Source: Planctomycetota bacterium
GTDB lineage: Bacteria; Planctomycetota; UBA8742; UBA2392
Assembly: GCA_020425605.1 (NCBI GenBank)
Contig: JAGQRH010000003.1
Span: 75,011-139,010 of the forward strand
Length of the DNA: 64,000 nucleotides
Direction of reading: 5' to 3'
The position numbers and the translations under genes were made by a program. Shown here piece by piece: positions 8,661 to 18,400 of this stretch; positions within the stretch are counted from its first letter, which is position 1, and every line of letters starts with the position of its first letter. The notes below the pieces were generated by a model that saw only the letters and a list, made by a program, of their open reading frames with translations, was not told the origin of the DNA and did not search any database.

Positions 8661-9266
8661 ATGCAGCAGACCTCGGCCACCGACCTGCAGACCATTCGCG
8701 CCGCGCTTGAGGCGAATTCCCGCCTCACGTCGCTGTCGGGTGCAGCTTTGATTGCATCCGGTATTGCCGCATTCATGGCTGCAGGCATCACCGCCCAGAC
8801 AGGCGTCGCCGAACCGCTTTCACGCCTTGATATCTCCGGCGAGCTGCTGCAGAAGCTCGTGATCCTGTGGGGCTCGACCCTGCTGCTCTCCGTCACGCTC
8901 AATCTCATGGGCATGATGTACCGCGCGCGCAAGGACGGGCAGCCGCTGGCGGCGCGCCTTGGGCGCCGGGTTTTGTTCGCGATGCTGCCGGCGCTGGCCG
9001 TCGGGGGCGCGCTGACTGCCGGGCTGGCGTTGCAGGGTCACCTCGACATCATTTTCGGCGTCTGGATGCTGTGCTACGGCGCGGCGCTGATCGCCGCAAG
9101 CGCGCACTCGTTGACGAGCGTCCGGATGCTGGGCATCTTCACGCTGCTGGGTGGAGTACTTGGCGTAATTCCGGGGCTGGACCTCGATTTTGTCATGTTC
9201 ACCAGCACGTTTGGCGCGGGGCATTTCCTGCTCGGCGTATGGGTTGGAGTCCGCTATGGCTGGTAA
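8661..9266 (+). CDS. multi-pass membrane protein, hypothetical
   Basis: ORF track 201 aa with several hydrophobic segments (GAALIASGIAAFMAAGI, VLFAMLPALAVGGALTAGLAL, IIFGVWMLCYGAALIAA, GIFTLLGGVLGVIPG). Overlaps the next gene by 11 nt. Confidence 0.7.
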   Translation: MQQTSATDLQTIRAALEANSRLTSLSGAALIASGIAAFMAAGITAQTGVAEPLSRLDISGELLQKLVILWGSTLLLSVTLNLMGMMYRARKDGQPLAARLGRRVLFAMLPALAVGGALTAGLALQGHLDIIFGVWMLCYGAALIAASAHSLTSVRMLGIFTLLGGVLGVIPGLDLDFVMFTSTFGAGHFLLGVWVGVRYGW

Positions 9267-9585
9267 GACCAAATCCGGTCCGCTGCACACAGCGCTCGAG
9301 CTTGACCCGATCATCCATGAGCGGGTTAGGCTGGCGATCCTGTCAGCGCTGGGCACCCACGGACGCCTCAGCTTCAATGAGCTGAAGGCGCTGACCGAGG
9401 CGACCGACGGCAACCTCAGCACCCACAGCCAGAAGCTTGAGCAGGCCGGCTACGTCCGCACGCTGAAAGGCATGTTCGGCCGCCGCACCAAGACCAGCTA
9501 CGAAATCACACCCGCCGGCCGCAGCGCGCTGATGGATTACCTCGACGCGCTGGACCGCCTGATGGGCGAAGTCCGAGGCAAGTAA
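9256..9585 (+). CDS. winged-helix transcriptional regulator
   Basis: In frame with track ORF 9190..9585. ATG at 9256 (MAGKTKSGP...). RVRLAILSAL..LSFNELKALTEATDGNLSTHSQKLEQAGYV..KTSYEITPAGRSAL is a typical wHTH recognition helix plus wing. Confidence 0.8.
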   Translation: MAGKTKSGPLHTALELDPIIHERVRLAILSALGTHGRLSFNELKALTEATDGNLSTHSQKLEQAGYVRTLKGMFGRRTKTSYEITPAGRSALMDYLDALDRLMGEVRGK

Positions 9586-9609
9586 GGACGCAGCGGGCTG
9601 CGTCCTTTT
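9584..9609 (+). terminator. intrinsic terminator
   Basis: Stem AAGGACGCAG / CTGCGTCCTT (10 bp, 4-nt loop) overlapping the stop codon, followed by TT. Confidence 0.6.
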
Positions 9610-9630
9610 CGCGAAAACAGGAGAGCCACC

Positions 9631-9846
9631 ATGGCAGCAGACGAATACATGGTAGTCGAGCGCATGGTCAGCGCGCATGAGCGCCACGAAGCTGACAAGA
9701 ACAACCCGGGCTTCAGCGGTGTTGACGTCGAGGCCATGATGCTGCGCAACTACGCACAGCAGGGCTACCGGCTGATCAGCGTGATCACCGAGCGCGTAAG
9801 CAACGACGACTCTCGCCGCGTGTTCTATCTGTGCCGTCAGGGCTAA
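9631..9846 (+). CDS. small cytoplasmic protein, possibly DUF4177-like
   Basis: ORF track 71 aa with GGAGAG RBS 7 nt upstream. ...YAQQGYRLISVITERV... resembles the GWELVSV core of DUF4177. That assignment is from memory only. Confidence 0.5.
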   Translation: MAADEYMVVERMVSAHERHEADKNNPGFSGVDVEAMMLRNYAQQGYRLISVITERVSNDDSRRVFYLCRQG

Positions 9847-9898
9847 TGCAGCTGTCAGGCAGCACGATCTGAAACCTGTAACCTGACCCCAGGCTGCC

Positions 9899-11014
9899 AT
9901 GCGCGTCATTTGTGCACCGGACAAGTTCAAGCAGTGCTGCACCGCGGGCGAAGCCGCGCAGGCGCTTGCGTCCGGGGTACTCGACGTCGCCCCGGGTGCC
10001 GAGGTCTTGCAGATCCCGGTCGCCGACGGCGGCGAAGGCACGCTCGACGCGCTCAGCGGCGAGTTTCCTGATCGACGCAATGCACGGGTGCAGGACGCGT
10101 TGGGGCGAGAAGTCGACGCGCAGTTCGCGATGCACGGCACGGTCGCGCTGATCGAGAGCGCCCAGGCCTGCGGCCTCGCACGCCTGGACGAAGCCGAATA
10201 CAACCCTGCGATCACCCACACCTTCGGCGTCGGCCAGCTGATCAAGGCCGCGCTGGATGCCGGCGCGAACGAGTTGCTGATCGGCCTCGGCGGCAGCGCA
10301 ACCAACGACGGCGGAAGCGGAATGGCCCGCGCGCTGGGGGTGAAGTTCCTCGACGACAAAGACGCTGAGATTGCCCCCACCGGCGATTCGCTGATCAAGC
10401 TCCGTAAATGCGACGTCAGCGGGCTGGACCCGCGCCTGAAGGGCGTCAAGGTTCGCGCGCTGTGCGACGTCATGGCCCCGATGCTCGGTGAGCAGGGCGC
10501 CAGCCGCACCTACGTCGTCCAGAAGGGCGGCACCACCCGCACCATGCACAAGCTGGAGGAGGGCTTGGCCATGCTGCAGTACGCGGCGGCGGCGGCCGGC
10601 CTGCGCGGCAACGGGCTTGAGCCCGGCACCGGCGCAGCGGGCGGGCTTGGCTTCGGGATCTACTCGCTGCTCGGAGGCGACTTGGAAGCGGGCGCCGACA
10701 AAGTGCTCGACCTGATCGGCTTCCGAAAGCTGTTGCAGGGCACGGACCTCGTGCTCACGGGCGAAGGCAGCTTCGATGCCCAGACCGAGCAGGGCAAGCT
10801 GATTGCGGTACTCGCCGAAGACTGCAAAGCAGCCGGCGTACCGCTGGTCGTGCTGGCCGGCGCAGTCGCCGGAGACGTGAATATCGACGGCGTCACGGCC
10901 GCATTCGGAATCAGCGCCTACGGCCAACGCCGCCAGGACAGCCTCAACGAAGGCAAAGCCAACCTCCGCAAACACGCCGCGGCTGTCACGCGTCTGCTGA
11001 AGTCCAGGCGCTGA
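9899..11014 (+). CDS. glxK: glycerate kinase
   Basis: MRVICAPDKFKQCCTAGEAAQAL...LQIPVADGGEGTLDAL is the canonical glycerate kinase family N-terminus. 371 aa. Confidence 0.9.
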   Translation: MRVICAPDKFKQCCTAGEAAQALASGVLDVAPGAEVLQIPVADGGEGTLDALSGEFPDRRNARVQDALGREVDAQFAMHGTVALIESAQACGLARLDEAEYNPAITHTFGVGQLIKAALDAGANELLIGLGGSATNDGGSGMARALGVKFLDDKDAEIAPTGDSLIKLRKCDVSGLDPRLKGVKVRALCDVMAPMLGEQGASRTYVVQKGGTTRTMHKLEEGLAMLQYAAAAAGLRGNGLEPGTGAAGGLGFGIYSLLGGDLEAGADKVLDLIGFRKLLQGTDLVLTGEGSFDAQTEQGKLIAVLAEDCKAAGVPLVVLAGAVAGDVNIDGVTAAFGISAYGQRRQDSLNEGKANLRKHAAAVTRLLKSRR

Positions 11015-12481
11015 TCAAGCGTCCGCCTCAAAATGTATGCCGCGCCGCCTGCATAGCTTCACGAACTCATTTGCCCGTGTTCGGATGCGACCGCCGGTTT
11101 CGAGCGCAATTGCATTTCGCCAATGAACCCGGCACCAGTTGGGGTCGAGCGTCACACCTTCGCCTGCGTTGACACGAAGCCGCTCACATGACGCCAGCTC
11201 CTGGCGTGCTTCCTTGACTCGTCCGCCTGCGCGCAACAGCTGCGTCTTCATCACGGAAAGCACGAAGTCGAGCCCGATCGCGTTGTGGTTCCGGACGAAG
11301 TCGTCTTCTTCGGCGCCCTTCCAGATTTGCATCGCCTTGTCGTGCTTGCCCTGCAGCGAGAGCAAATGCGCACGCGCGATCCGTTCGCCGGGGCTGGTTG
11401 GCTCATCGGACGCGATGCGGTCATGCCGCCGGAGCAGATCTTGCGGAAGCTTTGCATCGCGCGTCCACGGGCACAGGAACATGACACGTTGCAGGTTCAA
11501 CCGCGACGGCTCCAGCATGTCGGCAGCGGCGCGCAGGTCGATCGAGCCGCTGAGGTACAGCGCGTAGGCCATGCCGTAGACGCTGTTTTGCCGCGCCTCA
11601 GGCCGCAAGCCCAGCGAGAGAGCAGTAGCGAGCATGCCCATGCCCTTGCGCAACCTGCCTGCCTGAACCAGAACCCAGCCGTAGACGCCGATGCAGCGCC
11701 CATAGTTGCCGAACTCCCTCGCGCGTGGCGACAGCTTCAGCGCTGCCTCGGCAAATCGAATGGCGTCGTCCACCAGTCCTGCAGCATCCAGTGTCACCAC
11801 AACGCCGAACGCCTCGACCAGCGCCTGCTCATCGATCTCGCCGGTTTCTGAAACGGCCTGGAAAAACGCGCGACGGCGGTGCACCAGCGCGCGGTGGATG
11901 TTGCCGGCAAGGTACTCGTGCGAGCCACGCAGTCGCTCGTGACGTCGGTTGAGCACCGGGTCGGGACACAAGCGCCCCACCTGCTCAGCCGCCTTGGCCA
12001 GACGAGTTGAGCGTGGCTTATGCTGGTCGTTGATCGCCTTGCCCCAGTCATCCAGCACGCGCGCGTAGGTGGCGCGGCTTTGACGCGCAAGCTGCTCGCG
12101 CACCTGTTCGAAGCTTTCCAGCGCGTCGTTAAGATCGCGCAGATTTCGCGCGTGTTCCTTGCCCGCAAGTGCACCAAGCTTGAGCTTGCTGATGCGCCCC
12201 ATGGTCTGCACCAGCTCCGCCAGACCGGCCGCGGTCTTGCCTTCCTCGGCCGCGACGTCCGAAAGCCACGGTGCGCCCTCGCCGAAAAGGAGCCAGGCCG
12301 GGTTGACGCCGAATTCGCGGCCCACGGATGCCACAAAACTGACGGGAATGCGGTTGCCCTTCAGGTAGCGGCTGACGCTTGAGCCCGGCGTCGCCGTTCG
12401 TCGCGCGATCTCGGCCTGCGGGTAGCGAAGAGCTACTTCGTTCAAGCGCTCGCGCACTGCCGCTTCATCTGTGAGTTGCAT
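11015..12481 (-). CDS. XRE-family HTH regulator with a long helical-repeat (TPR-like) C-terminal domain
   Basis: N-terminus QAEIARRTATPGSSVSRYLKGNRIPVSFVASVGREFGVNPAWLLFGEG is a Cro/cI-type HTH. The remaining ~400 aa are Ala/Leu/Arg-rich helical repeats. Divergent from the first giant surface-protein gene. Confidence 0.8.
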   Translation of the reverse strand: MQLTDEAAVRERLNEVALRYPQAEIARRTATPGSSVSRYLKGNRIPVSFVASVGREFGVNPAWLLFGEGAPWLSDVAAEEGKTAAGLAELVQTMGRISKLKLGALAGKEHARNLRDLNDALESFEQVREQLARQSRATYARVLDDWGKAINDQHKPRSTRLAKAAEQVGRLCPDPVLNRRHERLRGSHEYLAGNIHRALVHRRRAFFQAVSETGEIDEQALVEAFGVVVTLDAAGLVDDAIRFAEAALKLSPRAREFGNYGRCIGVYGWVLVQAGRLRKGMGMLATALSLGLRPEARQNSVYGMAYALYLSGSIDLRAAADMLEPSRLNLQRVMFLCPWTRDAKLPQDLLRRHDRIASDEPTSPGERIARAHLLSLQGKHDKAMQIWKGAEEDDFVRNHNAIGLDFVLSVMKTQLLRAGGRVKEARQELASCERLRVNAGEGVTLDPNWCRVHWRNAIALETGGRIRTRANEFVKLCRRRGIHFEADA

Positions 12482-12491
12482 AGTGGGCTCC

Positions 12492-12578
12492 GTTCCCGTT
12501 CGGAAAGTCTACATGTCAACTTCCCGAATGGGAACGCTACTGGAGTTCGAGTGTTCTCAATTTGATCCTGAACGGGAT
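12492..12578. promoter_or_regulatory. candidate operator sites in the divergent regulator/surface-protein promoter
   Basis: GTTCCCGTTCGG (12492-12503) is the inverted copy (11/12) of CCGAATGGGAAC (12524-12535). A third related copy CTGAACGGGAT lies at 12568-12578. GGAGAG RBS precedes ATG 12617. Confidence 0.3.
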
Positions 12579-12616
12579 ATGGTTTCGCGTCGCTCTTACC
12601 TGCACGGAGAGAAACC

Positions 12617-15256
12617 ATGAACCTCGCAGCCAAACTGGCAGTACCCATTCTTCTATCGTTCGCGGGCGCGCTGTCCGCCCAATACACGAGGACGGAAACA
12701 ACCGCCACCTATGTCCAGAGAACCGGAACCTCGATCGCGGGACAGGAGTTGTACGTAAGTGGCATCGACGACAGCGCACTGCTGGTGCAGTTGCCGTTCG
12801 ACTTCCAGTACTTCGATCGCGTGTACCGCAGTTGCTGGATCAGCTCAAACGGGCGGGTCTGCTTCAACACCGACAACGCGACGACATTCTCTGCACCGCC
12901 GAACCTGACGCCCTCGGTCGGCAGCAACTACACCGATACGATATTTGCCATCGGCGGCGACCTCTATGCGCGCACGGAGGGCATCTACAGCACGCTTGGC
13001 GCGTACAGCGAAAGTGGGCGCGTTGTGCTGCAGTGGACGAATGTCTCCTTCTTCAGTGGCATGCGCTGCAGCTACCTGAACTTCCAGGTGCACCTGCTGT
13101 CCAACGGCAACGTCGAAATGCACTACGGGCCTGAGAACGTCATTCCCAACTATTCACACAACATCCCCTTCGCCTCCGGCATGGTCAACTTTGACGGCTC
13201 AGCCTCCGTGTTCGGATTCGGCAACACAACGTCACAGCAGACCACGCGTCCCGTCGCCAATACTCTGGTGACGCTGGCACTCACAGCATCGCCCGCAAAC
13301 ACGGTGACGATTAACCAGAACCCGATGCCGCTGCGCCGCTTTGTGCCGGCACCGGCTACGGACTTGCCGGTGCTTTCATTCAAGCTGGTCCGCTCGGGCA
13401 TGGGCGCAATGGTGACAGAGCTGGACTTCAACCACGCGGACTTCGCCGGTGACGGCAATCCGGTCACGCTCAAACTGGTCAAGGACACGGGCACCATCGG
13501 AAGCTACGACGGCGAGGCAGCCATCGGCGCGCTGGCGACCATGGGCGGCAACACCAGCGTCACGGGCCTCACGGAGGACCTGACCAGTGTCGCGTCCGCG
13601 AACTACCTGCTGGTCGCCAGCTACGCCACGCTGTCAGTGGTCTCACAGTCGGGCTTCTACTGCGGCAGCGGGATGCCTGCCTCGATGACCGGCAGCGCGA
13701 TTTCCAATCGGATCGCCCTCGCGCCCCAGGGCATGGCGTGGTTTGCGGGCTCGATTCCGAATTCGATCCGCCCGGCGGCCACAGTTGGATCGACGCACCA
13801 GCGATTGATGACCTTTTCGATCCAGCAGGACGCGGACTCACCTTCGTACAGCCTGACGCAGATGAGCTTTGGACTGACACTCACGGGCGTGACCCTGGCC
13901 GACATAGACCAGCTGCAACTCTGGCGTGATGCCGGCACGCCCGGCGAATGGGATGCGTCAGACACACTCATTAGCACGGTCACCTCGGTCTCGACCACAA
14001 ACCTCTTCACCGGATTGTCCGAAGCCACAACGAAATCCGGCACCGCGTACATTGTAACCGCTGACATCAGCGCATCGCTTGCGGCCTCGGGAACCTTGAA
14101 ACTGACCTACAACCTCCCGTCATCGGGTACGCCGTTCCCCACCGGCTCCTCCACGGGCGAGCTTTTGCAGGTGGCCGGCCCCGGCTCAACGCTGATCGTG
14201 CGTGACGTGCCGGACTACGCTCTGACCAGCGTGACGGCGGCGGTTTCCGAAATCGGCGTCCACGCCAATGTCTTCGAACTCATTGCCGGCTCGGGCAGCG
14301 GTACGGTCACCCAAATCGACTTCTCCGAAACTCAGAGCAGCAACTCGCAGGTAACGGACGCCCGCCTCTATCAGGACACAGGCACGAGCCCGGGGCGGTA
14401 CGACACGGGCGACACCCCCATCCCGGCCACGGTCACGCTTGGCGCAGCCACGATCAGCATGAGCCTCACCACCCCGCTCACCGTTACTGGCGTGGCAAAG
14501 CGATTCGTGCTGGTTGTCGACATCGCCTCGAACGCCAGCAACGACATGCGCTTTGACGTCGGCGGTATGTCCATCACGTCCAATTTCGTCAACCAGACTG
14601 GCGCATCCACCGGCACCTTTCTGGACCAGCGCGCCGGCAGCGCAAACGGCGTGAACCTGTCCGCAGCATTGCTGACCACCAGCGCGAACATCTACACCAA
14701 CAAGCTCGTGATTCTTGGTCAGGCGCGCTGCCAGGCGCGTGGCACGGGCGGCGCAGCGCCGACACTCCATTTCGTGCTGGGCGACAACCCGTGCGGGCGC
14801 GGCGCAAACTGCCGCATCTTTTTTCAAGTCTGGCTCGAGGGGGCGGGCCCGCTTGGCGCGCTCGATGCGACCGACGTTGAATGCTACGGCTTTTACTCAA
14901 CGAACGGCTCCGTCCAGTTTCAGCTTGGAAGCACGCCGTTCGTCCCGGCCGGCGTAACCCGCGATTTTCTCATCGTCGCACGCCACATCGCGGCGCCGGG
15001 CGTGGATATTGGAGGCCCGTTCGACGTGCACTTCGGCGGATACAGTGCCGGCACGGACACGGCATGGTTTCCGGCCGGTACGCCGGCGCCTGCCGCTGCA
15101 ACGCTGATCAACACGCGCAAGTCCTCCAACCCGGGCGGGGGCGGCGGATCTGACGGTGGCTGCACCACCGGCCAGGACGGAAAGAACTGGCTGGCGTGGC
15201 TCGCCGTGCTAGCGGCAGCGGCGGCCGTCACACGCCTGCGTCGCGCCAGGTCGTAA
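12617..15256 (+). CDS. large secreted surface protein: NIDO-like N-domain, repeated ~115-aa modules, Cys-type C-terminal sorting signal
   Basis: Signal peptide MNLAAKLAVPILLSFAGALSA|QYT. LPFDFQYFDRVYRSCWISSNGRVCF matches the NIDO-type F-x-F-x-[FY]-[FG]-x-x-Y-x-x-x-x-[IV]-S-x-NG motif. Three related modules follow (..VTELDF..LKLVKDTGT..; ..LTQMSF..LQLWRDAGT..; ..VTQIDF..ARLYQDTGT..). Tail GGGGGSDGGCTTGQDGKNWLAWLAVLAAAAAVTRLRRARS. Confidence 0.9.
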   Translation: MNLAAKLAVPILLSFAGALSAQYTRTETTATYVQRTGTSIAGQELYVSGIDDSALLVQLPFDFQYFDRVYRSCWISSNGRVCFNTDNATTFSAPPNLTPSVGSNYTDTIFAIGGDLYARTEGIYSTLGAYSESGRVVLQWTNVSFFSGMRCSYLNFQVHLLSNGNVEMHYGPENVIPNYSHNIPFASGMVNFDGSASVFGFGNTTSQQTTRPVANTLVTLALTASPANTVTINQNPMPLRRFVPAPATDLPVLSFKLVRSGMGAMVTELDFNHADFAGDGNPVTLKLVKDTGTIGSYDGEAAIGALATMGGNTSVTGLTEDLTSVASANYLLVASYATLSVVSQSGFYCGSGMPASMTGSAISNRIALAPQGMAWFAGSIPNSIRPAATVGSTHQRLMTFSIQQDADSPSYSLTQMSFGLTLTGVTLADIDQLQLWRDAGTPGEWDASDTLISTVTSVSTTNLFTGLSEATTKSGTAYIVTADISASLAASGTLKLTYNLPSSGTPFPTGSSTGELLQVAGPGSTLIVRDVPDYALTSVTAAVSEIGVHANVFELIAGSGSGTVTQIDFSETQSSNSQVTDARLYQDTGTSPGRYDTGDTPIPATVTLGAATISMSLTTPLTVTGVAKRFVLVVDIASNASNDMRFDVGGMSITSNFVNQTGASTGTFLDQRAGSANGVNLSAALLTTSANIYTNKLVILGQARCQARGTGGAAPTLHFVLGDNPCGRGANCRIFFQVWLEGAGPLGALDATDVECYGFYSTNGSVQFQLGSTPFVPAGVTRDFLIVARHIAAPGVDIGGPFDVHFGGYSAGTDTAWFPAGTPAPAAATLINTRKSSNPGGGGGSDGGCTTGQDGKNWLAWLAVLAAAAAVTRLRRARS

Positions 15257-15275
15257 CTCCAGGTGACGCAGGAAA

Positions 15276-15299
15276 GGGGGCGCGGTGCAGCGCGCCCCC
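15276..15299 (+). terminator. hairpin terminator
   Basis: Stem GGGGGCGCG / CGCGCCCCC (9 bp, 6-nt loop) 20 nt after the stop, followed by TTGTTCATTT. Confidence 0.65.
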
Positions 15300-15420
15300 T
15301 TGTTCATTTGAGAAACGCTCCGGACTATCTCGCGACGGATTGCACCTTTTGCATTCCTGATCCCCAGCGGCGCGGTTATGGTATTGGCACCCTTAGCCAG
15401 CCCCTGACTTCGGAGTTGCC

Positions 15421-18400
15421 ATGCGATCGCTGATACTTGTTGCGATAACGTTAAGTCTGTTGTCCGGCGTTATTTCCGCGCAATACACCGCAACTCTTCA
15501 AGGCGGTACCAGCGAGTACACCAACCGCGACATCAGCGGCCCGCTGAACAACCGTTACCGCGAGTTGAACAGCTACTTCGTTGAGAACGTGCCGATTGGT
15601 TTTGAATTCACATACTTCGGTGAACGGTACACACACGTTCAGGTCTGCAGCCGCGGCTTCATTGGCTTTGACCCCCGGAGTGCCTACCCGGCCAACCCCT
15701 ACCCGCCAAGCAGCAGTGGGACGCCCCTGCCGGACTCGCCCGCGCCGAACAATGCGATTTTCGTGGCGTGGTCGGGCAACTATCCATCCAGCAATAACAC
15801 GAAGGGGCTGTTTTGGGAAACGCTCGGCACAGCGGGTAGTCGTGAGTTCCGGGTTCAGTATCGTTTCTGGGGTTTCAGCGCGATCGTCAGCCTGTTCGAA
15901 GGCAGCAACGTAATTCAGGTCGTGTTTGGGCCCTGGTATTCGGTGTATGCTGGCTACTGCGGGATAGAGAACAAGGGGGGCACGATCGGGATCGCTTCCC
16001 CTAGCGGTTGGTACAACTTCCCGCTGCCGACGGCGGGAACGCTGATCACCTACACACCTTCCAGCGCCCCGGAAGTGGACCTTGCCAACCCGGACGACGC
16101 GGCTGTCAGCGACGGCGCAACTGACACTGTTTTCCTCGGGATCCCTGGTACTCCATTCGCGCGAACCTACACAATCCGAAACCTTGGCGACCAGAACATC
16201 AACCTCAGCGGCTCGCCCATCGTCAACGTGGTTGCCCAGAACAATTGCACGGCATCTGTCACTGCTCAGCCCGGGCTCACAACCATCACACCGGGCGGGT
16301 CGACCACTTTCACGGTGCAGGTAACCCCCTCCGGCTCGGGGGCGTTCAGCACAGACCTGTTGTTCCAATGCAATGACGCCAACGAGAACGTCTACAACTT
16401 CAGCATCGGCGGCACGGCGGTAACCGGCGGCGCCCCGGAAATCGAATTGCAAGACCCCAACGGCTTTGGAATCTCGAACGCGGGCAGCTATCGCCACTAT
16501 CCGTTCCAGAGCGACCTGGTGAACTTCGCTCTCACATTCACCGTTCGCAATTCGGGCGGTGCTGCACTCACGTTCAGCGGATCTCCGGTGGTAACGACTG
16601 CCTCGCCCGCTGGCTGCACTGCCACCGTTACGACCGACCTGCCGGCTTCGCTTGCACCGGGGTCAAGCACGACCTTCGTAATCACAATCGATTCCGACAC
16701 AACAAGCACTCAGTATGACTTCTCGGTTTCGTTCAATTGCAACGATGCGGATGAAGCAAGCTATCAGTTCCAGGTGAATGGTTGGGCATATGATAACGGT
16801 CAGCCGTACGTTGTGCGTGCTGGCAGGCTCGTTGACGACAATCAGCTGGACGACGTCGTGACAGGAACAGTCTCGGGTATCCCGACCATCCTGACCTATC
16901 AAGTCTGGAATTCAGGATACGCGAACGTGAACTTGCAAGGTGGGCCTACAGTCAACATCAGCGGGGCTCAAAACTGCGTTGCCACAGTCACGATGTCGCC
17001 TGCTTCGCCGGTGAGCGGACAATCCAGCACCAGCTTCAGCATCTCTGTCACGCCCACAACGCCCGGTGCCTGGAGTTTTGATGTCGACTTCGACTATGAC
17101 TACGTTTCATCGCCGGCCAGCTACGACTTCACTGTCAGCGGCACGGCCGACCCGCAAGCTCCGGAGATGGACCTGCAACGCCCGGCCGCCACGTCGATCC
17201 AGGACGGAGGCATTGATGCAACGACCGGAAGCGTGGCCGGCTCACCAATGGTCCTTACCTACACCATTGAAAACACCGGCACCGCGACGCTGGTGCTTCC
17301 GGGCACGCCGCGTGTGGCGATCGCCAACCAGAACAACTGCGCGGCCTCGGCTACCTCGCAGCCGCCAATGAACATCGGTGCGGGCGTCCAAACCACATTC
17401 GTCGTCTCTGTAACGCCGTCGACGTCGGCGTTCTGGAGCTTCCAGTTCAGCATCGACAACAACGATGCCAACGAGAACCCATACAACATCACGGTCACCG
17501 GCACGGCAGGCTCTTCCGCCGGCCCTGAGATCGAAGTCGAGGGTCCCGGTCCAGTGTCGATCAGCTCAGGGGGCGGCTTCAATGCCGGTTCCGCGCCTAT
17601 CAGTACGCCCACAAACGTCGTGTTTACGGTACGGAACATCGGCTCGGCGACGCTGAACCTGACCGGTACGCCGGCCGTGCAGGTTACGGGCGCCAACAAC
17701 TGTAGCGCAAACGTGACGGTCAACCCCGCAACGGCAGTCACGCCGTCCGGCAACACGACATTCACCGTTCAATATACCGTCACATCCGCCGCGGCATTTG
17801 ATTTCTCGCTCAGCATTGCCAACGACGACAGCAACGAAAACCCGTACACGTTCACCGTGAATGGAACCGGCACCGCGGCACCGGAGCCGGAGATGGACGT
17901 CGAGGACAGCGTCCCCCAACCTATCGCAGTCGGCGCGAACTACTCGGTGGGCAGCATTCCCGCAGGCAGCCCAAGCATGGTAAGCCTGACCATCCGCAAC
18001 ACCGGCAGCGCCACCCTGACCCTGAGCGGCACGCCCGCCGTACAGCTTTCGGGCCAAAGCAACGTGACGGCATCCGTCACCACCCAGCCCTCTTCCAGCA
18101 TCGGCGCGGGCGCGAACTCGACGTTTACTGTGAGTGTCAACCCGAACGCATTCGGCGCGTTCAGCTTTGGCGTGAGCATTGCCAACAACGATTCGACGGA
18201 AAACCCGTACACGTTTACGGTCGTCGGGACCGGGCTGTCACCGGAGATCGCCGTCGAGGACAGTGGCAGCAACCCTGTGGCGGACAGCGGCGGCTTCCTT
18301 GCCGGAAACGTACCTGTCGGCGGCGACACCGACTTCGTGTTTTCGGTGTTCAACACGGGCAACGTCGACCTCACTCTCTCCGGTACACCTGTAGTGCAGA

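Noticed and set aside
9343-10975. Two long minus-strand ORFs (388 and 396 aa) across the glycerate kinase region
   Set aside because: They are antisense to an unambiguous glxK with canonical motifs. Their sequences are Ala/Arg/Ser-rich with no recognisable domain.
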